From the NCBI GenBank assembly GCA_016748015.1, contig JAAOMT010000003.1:872373-936372 (forward strand): DNA of 64,000 nt. The letters are read 5' to 3'. A program made the translations under genes and the position numbers. Source of the DNA: Geosiphon pyriformis uo1. Taxonomy: Eukaryota; Fungi; Glomeromycota. Every line of letters starts with the position of its first letter. Within the stretch, counting starts at the first letter, position 1. Positions 53,301 through 64,000 of this stretch are shown one piece after another. Under the pieces are notes generated by a model, which was not told where the DNA came from, made no database searches, and worked only from the letters and a program-made list of their open reading frames with translations.

Positions 53301-53903
53301 AGTTATTAGCATCATAAGTATTAGTGAAAAGAAAACCGATATTCCCGACATAATGCTGAAATAAGCCGATGTTATTATTATTGGGGGACTTTGTTGGCGG
53401 TGAAAGGATTAAAGGTTCCCTAATAGAAAAATTTATTAATTTGTGAAAAATCATAAAAAAAACTTGAATTAAATTTACCCTATAGAAGTACCATTCAGGC
53501 TAATTAATAAGCCTTTTCTTATAAACCATATAAAATCCTTCGTATCCAAATATGAAACAAACAAAAGGTTTTTTCCAAATTGATCGATTCTCAACGGATA
53601 ATTTTGTATTAGATTATAACAAAAGTTGAAGTCAGGAAATTTCTTCGCGACTTTGACGTTGTAAACAGTCCCATTGGAATATATTAGTCGAAGATCAATT
53701 TCTGGTACAAAGCAAGTTTCGTTTAAATCGCGAGTAACTCTTAGAACTATAGTATCTTCAAGAGTAAACCAGCCGCCGTACGGATAAACTTTATAGCCCG
53801 CTTCGGTATGAGTAAACGTGGTGTAAGAACTGTTATATCCATAAATTTCTTTTATTATGATCAAAAGGACAATTACCCATCTGAACGAAGTGATACTATT
53901 CAT
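50313..53903 (-). CDS. Large multi-exon surface membrane protein (signal peptide, beta-rich ectodomain, Ig-like module, C-terminal multi-TM with IEDIPQFVIQ)
   Basis: A chain of same-strand ORFs with GT-AG junctions; IEKTDPAIG..STFNIPGNTYYVQVDPDFV..EPLPGI..WTF; several TM helices. It resembles a family I recall as expanded in Glomeromycotina. Confidence 0.82.
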
Positions 53904-55068
53904 AGAAATATTTTAAAAATTAATTTTCATGAAAATTTTGAAAGAAATGAATTATACTATTTCCTGATTCAATAACTGTTCTTTTTATGTGAGTATGGAA
54001 AGTCCTTGTGCGGCTTACCCTCATAAACTGGGTGTGTTCAAGTTTTTTGGTACCACAACGGTGAATGACTTTTTCCCCCTTGTAACAAATATTTATTCAC
54101 AGCACATTCTAAATTACCTCGTGTCCAATTTTCATTTTGGAGTTTTTGAATACCTAATTAAAACTTTTTGTTGACACTTTTTGTTGACACTTTTTGTTGA
54201 TTCAAAATAGCTCAGAACAATTTAACACCTAAAAAGGGGAATTCACATTGTAAATGGATAAAATTGTCTTTATCAAATTCTTACATAATTTTCACTGAGT
54301 ACATGTATTACAAATTGAAGGTTGAAAATTTTTGCTTTTTATACAACTTTTTAATTGTCATGGAACTTCCAGAAGATTACTTCATAATCGCAATAAAGGA
54401 ATACTTTTATTCTGATTAGCAGGTATTGGCATAGATGATTTCCATACATTTGATCACTCGAGCTTTATTTTCTTGGTTGAAATAAAATTTTTTCATTGGC
54501 CTATCAAGATTCGCTTCAACTATTAAACAATTTTAACACGAGCAATCATATTTCAAATGTTAAGAATGCAAAAAAGCTACCACTTGTTCACATATGTTAA
54601 AGTCACATCCCAAAACTCTAGTGTTCTCAACAATGTACTGTATATTGCTTAATTTTCGGACTAATTTGCTTTCTCAAAGCAAACAAAGTTGAAGCTACAG
54701 AACGCTGAAGATAATGAAGCTAACTGACCTTACGAATTTTGAAAATTAAGATTAAGTGGAACAAACTTCAGGTATACACCTCGAATCTGCCAAAATTTTT
54801 AAACGTGGCGAGGTAATCGTCTGAAATATTATTATATTGTGTGACAAAGTAATTTCCTTTGGAAATTATCGACCATAGAGATCGATGCAAGGAAAAAATC
54901 GAATACCATGGCACAGCATGGCATATTCCTTCTTGTCTATTACTGCGTAACCTCAACAATGCTAAACTGGTATTGTTATATATAATTTCAAAATAAAATA
55001 TTTTACATGAAATGACCGAATAAATACCTAGCCATCAAGCTATTCAATATCTTCCCGGAATTCCTACA

Positions 55069-57275
55069 TTAAACAATAATTAATTCACCCATACATCCGG
55101 CACAACCTTCCATTTGTAAATTGGAAAAATCTAGTTTGCTATTGCTAACTGTGCCGCCCTGAACAGCGCCACCTCCAATAGAGAATGTAGGGTATTGACG
55201 TAACGTTGGGGTTACAGATGACGCGGTAAGAGGTATTGAAGGATTTTCAATAAAATATAATGGGACAGGAGCGGGAACAGCATCTGATTTCACGTCAAGG
55301 TCAAGCTTTTCTGATGTTTCATTGTTATATGCCGCCTGGTATTGGGAAAGCTGATATTCCAAATTTTGAGCCCTTTGTTGCTCATAGTAATATGCTTGTT
55401 GATAAAGAGCTAAGCTAGATGATTGATCATAAGTGGAATCAATGGCATTTCCAGGTTGTTGTTGAGAATATAATTCTTCATATTGTTTGCGATATTTTGT
55501 GGATTCCTGTTCAAATCGAACCGCTCTGGTTTTTTCACGATCAACTTCTTCAGCTAAAGCAAACTTTTCATTACTAATCTCGACATTTTTTTCACGAAGT
55601 TCAGTCAACTGGGATATCAAGTTAAGATTCTCTGAAGATAAGCCATCAATTTTCGTTGTAATATCCTTAATGCGTTTAGATAATTTGGTATTTTCTGCCT
55701 GAAGTGATTGAAGTTCTTGGGCAAGGGATTCACGTTCGATATGAAGTTCCTGTGCAATGTTTGATTTAAAAGTTAATTGTTCGTAATGGTTAGCAGCTTC
55801 TTTAGATTTTGTTTCGTGTTCATATGTAAGATTAGCCAGTTGTTGTTGAAGCTTGATACTTTCGGCAGTAAGCGACGTGATCTGGGCATTCAATGATTCA
55901 AATTTTTCTTTTGTTTCTTTTGAGATACGTTCTGCGGTGGCTAACTTTTCTTCTTTGTCAGAAACCTGCTGCTCTGCATTTGCAAGTTTGTGTCGTATAT
56001 TTGACAATTCAATTTCTAAAGCTTCACAACGATCTTCTTTGTCCTGAAGCGATTTGCTGAGTCTTTCAACTTCACCAGATGTTGAGCGGATTTTAGCTTT
56101 TTCTGCTGTCAATTGTTCAATAATCGAATCCTTTGTGGTCAATTGCGATGTTAATTGACTGTTATCTTTCTCTAATTTTTCCGCCCTTTGTTTCTAAAAA
56201 TAAAAGTATCACATAAAATATTTAATTGATAAGAAAAAATCATAAATTTAAAGTAACCACCTGGGATTTTAAATCTTCTAAAGCTCTTTCTGTTTCTTCC
56301 CCTGCTTCTTTCAATCTAACTTGGCCGGTTCTAATCTTTTCTTCTAGCTCTGCATTCTGTCGTCGCAGAGCATCCACCAGTAATTGTCCTTCTTCTAAAA
56401 GTTCCTCGCTACGCTTGAATCTATCGGCCATAGCGGTGTATTTTTCGAGTTCTGTTGTTAATCCAGACTTTTCTTCCACAAGTACAGAGATGGTTTGTCG
56501 TTGCGTGCGACATAAGTTTGCTAAATCCTCAAAAGAAACTGTTTCCTCAGTTGCTGGAGACCCAGATTTTTCTGCAATTGTCGCATCCATGAAGGTGGTT
56601 GTTGGTAAAATAATATTTTGTTGTCCATGAGGCTCAACTATAGGTTTATGACCCTCTACCAGCTTGACATTAGTTTTTTCATTATTCAATGAATCACCAG
56701 TTACATCAATTGTCGATTCTCTGAAAAAAAATACTGTTAGATTAGACGTACGATTTTTTCCATTAAAGTTGAGACTTACTCGGATAGATTTTTGCTCTGG
56801 ACATCCAAAGTTTCTTCCGATAGTGCTGCGACCACAGCATATTCTTCATCTTGAGTCTTTGATCTTTTAAAGAATTCAAAATGCTAAGATTAATAAAATC
56901 GAACAGATTTTTGTCATGAGTACGAAAAGATTGTTCAGTTTATCTATTAGTCAGTGAAACTTGCTCGTTTGCTTTAACTTTTAGGTTGGCTTCGGTGGAA
57001 GGAGTGTTAACTAACTCGGCACTTGTCCTTCGAGGAGGCGTTGCTGAGGTAGCGTCACCTGAAGAAACATTAGCGATACCACCTGCTTTTTTCTTTTGAT
57101 ATTTTTTCAACTATCATATCGAGATAAGTTCATGAAATAAGCAACTGATATTGATGTATTTTGCTACAACCTGATCAAAAAGGAAAATATTCATTTACAT
57201 AACATTCATAGAAAGTCATACCTTTTTCTTTGCAGCCAAAAGCTTTTCTTCACGTGCTACTGCGTCTTGGTCCAT
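55069..57275 (-). CDS. GM130/golgin-A2-like coiled-coil Golgi tether, ~5 exons
   Basis: Spliced N-terminus MDQDAVAREEKLLAAKKK^LKKYQKKK (GM130-type basic motif), a long coiled coil and C-terminal CAGCMGELIIV*. Confidence 0.75.
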
Positions 57276-57549
57276 AATTTGGTGAAGGCGTTAGATGGGA
57301 AAATCAAAGAAATTTTATCATAAACCGAAGTAGAAGTACTTTGAACCAAAATTTTTTGGATGAACCACGGTAGAACTTCAGATTCAAGATAATAAGAATA
57401 AAGTGACGGAAAATTCTCAATGATAAGTGTGTGATTGCACATGATTTGCACATGCTTGCACAACCATTAACTAATTTGTTTGTTTGTCTATAATCGAGAG
57501 TAGACATCATGTAATATTTTCATAATTCGAAATTATATTTTTTAAGGCA

Positions 57550-60100
57550 AAATTGCTTGATTATTTTTTATATTTTAAGATAGTTAATTTTGAAGATTTG
57601 TTTAGAAGTTTAAAATTAATTTCAAAATTAAAATTTTATATTATTATTATTATTATTATTAAAATAAGCACAATCAAACTGGTTTGTAAACTTAAATATA
57701 AAACAAAAGTAATATAGCTTAATAATTATATATTAACATATTTAAATTTTTTATTTTTTATTTTATTTTACATAAATAACTAAATAAATATTGCACAAGT
57801 TTTTATTAATTAATAGCAATATTATGAGATTTATTAAAAATTATACCATAATAAAATGCAAAGAAAAAGAATTAAAAAATATGTAAACTTTAAATTTGAT
57901 TAGAATAAAATAATTTAAAATATATTTAATTATAATTTTTAAATTAAAAGCAAATTTATTTATTTTTATCATCTATTTTTATAGTATATTTACATGCTTA
58001 AAATAATATATAAATTATTTATTTTCTACTTGTTATTAATTATTTTTACTAATTAAAATTATATTACACTAAACTAATTGTATTAAGAATTATATAATTA
58101 ACATATTTTTTTAGTTTTATAAACTTTAAGAATTTACAAAATCTTTTTTTTTACTATATTAGTAAATAATAGTTTTATTAAAATTCACAAAACTTTTAAG
58201 TTAATATATATTAATAAAACATATACATATGTTACTAATTAAAATCTAGATTAGAAATTATTATAAAATTATTTCTAATATTTATTATTAATTTAGCATT
58301 AATTATTTAAAAATTTTATATTAATTATTATATTAGCTTACAAATATAACTAAATATTATATTAAAATTACACATTATTTTAAGATATGTAAAATAAAGA
58401 TTTAAATCAGTTTAAATAAAAATTCAATTAGTTTAAACAGTTTGAGTAAGATTTTAAATAGTTTAAACAAATTTCAAGCCGTTTAAGTAAAATTTAAACA
58501 GTATAAAGTAAAATCTATAAAAATTTATTAAAATCTTTATAAAACCAATAGTTTTAAATTTAAAATAGTATTACTTAAAAGTTTTATAAAAAAAAGAGTT
58601 TATTTCTTTTAAAAATATATTTTATAATAGAATAACAGTTTTAATACTTGAAATAAATACAATTTATTAAAAAAAAATCTTTTAAGTAAATTATAATTAA
58701 TGAAAAGATTTTTTTATTTTTTTATTTTATTAAAAATTAATAACTTTATAGTTGTTTAATTATTAATTTTCAAATATATTAGTTTTATTTTTGATTATTA
58801 AATTTAGAAAAGTAAAAATGGTAATTATTTTATAAAATTAACTTTTAATTTTAGAATTTAGCATAATAATATTAAAATTAAAATTAAAATTAATCAATTT
58901 AAAAAAAAACACTTAAAATTTAAACTAGATTAAATGGTTTTAAAATATTTTAATTTACAATTATATTGTAACAATAAAAATTAACCAAACTTTTATTAAT
59001 ATTATAACAATTATCAAATCTAAAAGAACAATATATTCAATTAAATTAAAAAAGAATAAAAATGCTTTTAGAAATACTAACTTAAAAAAATTTCATGTTT
59101 TTTAATAAAAAAAAACCAAACAAATTTTGCAAAAATTGCTATTATTTAAACTGTATTTTCAATAAAACAAAATTTTTAATAAAATAAATAAATTAACAAT
59201 CTTATTTATAACAACCAAAAAATTTTAAAATACAACTTTTATACAAAGAAACTTTATATTGCTTTTAATAATTATTTTAAAGTTAAAAAAAAGCCAAATA
59301 GCAATTAAAAAACAGTTTTTACATAACTTATTTTAATTTTTAATAAAATATTAAACATTAAAACAAAAACTATTAATTTATAAAATTTTTAACAGCCAGC
59401 AATAACTTTTTAATTGTTAAAATATTTTAAGAAAGTAATATTAATGAATTAATTTTAAATTAATTTTTATATTAGTTTTATGAATATAGATGAATGTAGC
59501 TTAACTCTTATGCATATATATAAACTATATAAAATAATATAAATTAAATTATCAAATTATTTTTTATTTAATTATTTTAATATTTATACATTAATTTTAT
59601 AATATAGGTTTTAACAAAATATTAAAAATATATTTTTTTTCAATATATTAAAATTATTCAAAATATAATAAAATTTGAAATTAAACATTATTATTTACAT
59701 TATTGAATAAAATATTTTCTTTACACAATTTTGTCATAATTATTAATATTTTAAAAGTTGAATGAAAAAATTAAATAATTTTTCTAAAAAATTTATATCA
59801 AACATAAATATTTGAAAAATATTTAAATTTATATTTCAAATAATATCTTATCAAAATTTTTATTATCTATTATTTGTATTTTAAAAATAAAAATAATAAA
59901 AATTTTTGTTATTTTTTGTATATTAATTTTTTATAATCGATTATCATAAATCTGTTTATTTCAAGCAACAAAAAATCAATTAAGATTTACAAAAAGTATT
60001 TTAAAATCATATTATCTATTTTTTTGTTAAAAACTCAAAATGATTTAATGTTGTCTACTTGTTTCTTTGGGGGTTATTTTTTCAATAAAAAAAATAGCTT
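57550..60100. repeat. Extremely AT-rich block with a degenerate ~10/20-bp tandem array at ~58395-58520
   Basis: Composition, plus repeated agtttaaa(c/t)a-type units. Confidence 0.55.
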
Positions 60101-61668
60101 GGATTATTGTGAAGAAAGAAATATTATTGTTTTCCTAACTTGAACATTTTTATAAAAGCAGACGTTTATTTTTGTTAAAAGTATATATATATATATATAA
60201 ATATAAATATAAACATAAACAATTGAGAAATTCTCCAATGCAAAGTTATTCCGAACAACAATAGGCAATAGGTCAGAATAGTTGTTTTTACATTCCACTG
60301 TTGCCTTTTAAATTGGCCGCGTTTTTGTCACTGATACTCATTATTGACACCCGAGGACTTGGACTAAAATTTTTTGATCTGAATTTCTCCAAGATCACGG
60401 TTGCCTGTTGCAGGGCATTATTAATTGTGCATTCTCAAAAAGGGGTTGATTCGCAGAAAATCGCCTCTATTAATTTTAGAATCAAAGCTTCAATGCTGTA
60501 TGGAGCATCGACCACTCGAAAATCTAAACCAAACACCTTTGAAGCAATTTAAGATTCTATATCGGCTGACTTTATAACTTTAGTAAAGCCCAACTTGATA
60601 CGAAAATTCAGCCTTTTTCTTTGTACTAATATTTTTTATATTTGCAATTTCATCCCATATCGCAAAAAATTCTGCAGTTGGGCATGCATGCGTCATTTTT
60701 ATTATCTGATTTTTAGATCACTTTAAACTGACGCGTTCTTCGTAAATTAATAAAAGAATCATTTTTTTTTAAATTTTACCTGTTCACTAAACCTTCCACA
60801 TGATAATGTATAAACGTCAAAATATTTATTTTTAAAATTCGTAAGATATTCCACAAGTTGAATGCATCGGGTCGCTGCAAGGAGTGATTTATTTTGAAAA
60901 GACCCAATAAATCAATTGAGGGGAAGGGGGACCAATCCGATCAAGAATAATCAAAAAAAAATTCCTTTAGCATTTGGGAATAATACAACGCAGACGAAAG
61001 CTTAATATAATCACTGAGATTCATTAAATATTTTAAGTATTTTTGGGATTTCCAGAAACACTTAAATTTAATAATAAATTCAATGATTCACAAAATGTAT
61101 GGATTCATCGTGAGGCTCTGCTTGGCAATTTTTGTTTCGTTCAGCTGCTGTGTTCTTATGCAGATAACTTCTTTTGAAGTTTAACCAAAATTATTAGCCC
61201 AATTAAAAAAAAGATTTGTAGCTTGAGTAAATGGCTAGATTTAATTCACCCGGTACACCCCACTATGAAGTTTTTCCGTGAATCTGCGTGCATGAAAGAT
61301 TATGTAAAAATCAAGGACCGTGGGTTAGTGTGATCATGCATCAAGAGGCAGGGTGTTCGTTGAAAAAATTTGTATGGGAGATTTTGTGTGATTTTAAAGA
61401 AAGGTAATTATGTGATACATTATTATTTAGTGAAATTATGAAAATATTATTCTAATGCAAATTTACTAAAGTGGGGTGATAACAATGGGATTTTTTTATT
61501 TTCTGTTACTGTTTATATATATATATATATATATATTTAGTTTGGCCAACACTTTGACTAATTCGGGATTGATTGATATCTTATCTAAATATGCAACTTG
61601 AAGGATCACGATAAATTTAAAATGGGAAAGAAAATTTAAATAAGAATTTTTAGATCTTTCGAAACTTT

Positions 61669-61703
<35 letters not shown>

Positions 61704-63726
61704 CAATCTCCTTAATTTCACTACAGAAAAATGGTAGCTTGTGAAAATAAACAAATCGAAAATCTGATTTTCAAGATATCTAAAGGTCCAAGCTGAAAAC
61801 TTGAAATTTTGATAGCTTTATCTTTCGTTTGTATTTAAGAAGTGAAAAGTATCAGTTTAGTAATAGATTATTCGAAAAATTAAATTAGATATTATTTGTA
61901 ATATACAAAGATTTTGAATCCTCATTTTTTAAGAAAATGATTAAATCAAACAATAATTACCCAGTTACTCAACCATAGCTTTGAACATAATGATTTAAAA
62001 CTTTGCGAATGAGTCAATATTTTCTGTTAATAATAATAAATTAAGGATCTAGACCCAGAAAGAGATTTTATTTAAAGTTTGAGAGATGATTTTCAATCGA
62101 TTATTCTGAATTGTTGGTTTGGTTTGGTTTGGTTTGTTTTGCTTTGGGTTTGTATTTTTTACTTTCAAATACCCTCTAGAATACAGATTCCCAAATCTAG
62201 TATCGGCTATGTAACCAGTGACCGATCTAGCGGTGTAGATCGGGGATTGTGTTGGGGTAATTTTTACGGACAATTGCTCACATTTTAAAAAAATGCAAAC
62301 AGTGATTTTTAATGAGGTAGCATTGCAGAAACAATTGTTGGCCAAATAAAAAGTTGGTGGAATGTTGTTTGTTTTACCTATTTCTTTCTTAATCCGTCCT
62401 TTCAAAGGAAAATGGCAGACTTAAATGTCCATCTTTTTTAAACATGCATAAAGTTAAAACTTTAAAAATTGACGACTTAAATCTTTCTTAAGGAGTCAAA
62501 ATTAAAGTTCAGGAGATTTGGAAATCAAACCTTTACCAAAGTTCAATACATTTATTGAAATTTTTCTGTGGTCCTGCTTTCAGAAATATATTTGTTCATT
62601 AATCTTTTAAGTTTCTTTTGCGACTGAAATCCTTACCTTTGGAATTTTCGTGTGAGACTGGCATATTTTTGTTTCTAATTATAATTATAAGCCAATAAAT
62701 TTGGTAAAGGGAAAAATTTTTTTTCTTTATTCTCAAGTTTAAGATTCTGAAGAGATAAATAAATGATTAATAAAGAATTTTTTACATTAAGAAAACAAGT
62801 CTTTATATTTTTAAAAATTTGATCAAAATTTCTGAAACATTTATCATTTATCATTTATCATTTATGGGGCTTAAAAATCAATGTTAATTAAAGATCCAAC
62901 CTTCATATATATATATATATATCAACTTTTAATATGAATTTAAGATTTCATAATTTACCAAAACGCTATTGTTTTAATATAATATTTTATGATGAGCGTT
63001 TTCATTTCTTCTATAAAATGCTCTTTAAACTTGACAATTAGACTCTTGCGTTGCTTAGAATTGATTTTTTAGCTTTTTACAAAAATTTGTTCATCCATTA
63101 ACATATGATCAATTTTGATACAGTCCCGATTTTTCCACATTGTGGGAAAAATGTACACGCGTGCAAATCAGCAAAAAGATTTTTTTATTTGTAATTGCAA
63201 TACAAACGATAAGATTATTCAATGCTTTAACCTGTGAAATAACACAGATCATTTCTCGATAGATTCAGTTTTCTTCCATCAACAAATAAACATGGTACCA
63301 AATAACTTGAACAACTTTTTTGGCGGTATTATTTCAAGACAAAAATTTTTTTCAAAAAAAAAAATATGTGCAACCATAAAATTTCTTTATCAAGTTTTTT
63401 TCGAGCAAATATTTTGCCAATAAATTTTTTTTTTTTGAATAATAATTTTATCATTATACTATGTTAAAATTACGTTATAGCATGCAGCTTTATCTTCCCA
63501 ACATTTCACAATTTTTAATGCCAATAACCGATTGGGATTTACTGATGCATGCACGCCCTGTTATTGGTCTGCTGTTCTACTTTATCCTTTCTGATCAACT
63601 TTTTTTTTTATTTTATTTTTTGCTAAGCTGTATTTATTCCTTTTACTTTCACTATTTCTCTTTTTAACATGCTCCGCGTTTCAATGAACAAATTGTAGGC
63701 AATTTGCAGATCAGCAATCAGACTCA

Positions 63727-63762
<36 letters not shown>

Positions 63763-64000
63763 CGAAAATCCTGGTCGTGCGTCAGTTCACTGAAAGTTTC
63801 TATTGTAAATAATGCTTGACATCAGTCTGATGATAAAAATCCAGACAATGGGTAATAATACTCGTGACAATTTCAGATTCCCACGAATTATTTTGAAAAT
63901 CTATCGCCCAGTTTCGTTTCTTGCCAAAAACGCAGTAATAAGAGAAAAACACTTTCTCTATTCTCGACTTAAAGAATAAAATTTAAAACAATCGATATCT

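Noticed and set aside
2876-56630. Antisense/shadow ORFs (2876, 6775, 10638, 10914, 12361, 12743, 52749, 53030, 55487, 55853, 56226 etc.)
   Set aside because: They overlap better-supported genes on the opposite strand and show no motifs.
1-57275. The whole window as one lipid-sensing or defence gene cluster
   Set aside because: The genes are dispersed, separated by TE blocks and belong to families commonly expanded in this lineage; there is no evidence of co-regulation from sequence alone.
58395-58520. CRISPR-like periodicity
   Set aside because: A degenerate minisatellite without unique spacers, in eukaryotic DNA with no cas genes.
62222-62243. 8-bp perfect hairpin ccgatcta-gcggtg-tagatcgg
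   Set aside because: The spacing to CTAG does not fit a Helitron end and there is no match to an RNA family I recognise.

Overview
This is eukaryotic, intron-rich and very AT-rich fungal DNA. The gene families point to Glomeromycotina (arbuscular-mycorrhizal or Geosiphon-like), which is an inference from stand-alone Sel1 proteins, a WCxxC/WTSGN-type kinase, several class-3 lipases and a multi-exon surface protein with an EDIPQ motif. Gene islands alternate with extremely AT-rich decayed blocks (about 14.0-18.6, 19.9-21.0, 44.4-49.6 and 57.5-60.1 kb). Intact-looking genes are an active class-3 lipase, a membrane-anchored class-3 lipase homologue lacking the catalytic Ser, three Sel1-repeat proteins, a subtilisin (S8), a Git3-type GPCR, a secreted lysozyme-like protein, an epoxide-hydrolase-like enzyme, a large surface membrane protein, a GM130-like golgin and a few hypotheticals. 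A lipase-like paralogue and a kinase are pseudogenes. Mobile DNA comprises a pogo-like element with TIRs and a TA TSD, two decayed Tc1 transposases, an internally deleted PIF/Harbinger element and a TA-flanked MITE. The two most notable signals are (1) near-exclusive C->T/G->A decay, including non-CpG contexts, in transposons and multicopy genes (RIP-like), and (2) a conserved Ser-less pseudo-lipase family. No CRISPR, rRNA or tRNA was recognised. Splice sites were read by eye, and some exon boundaries are approximate.
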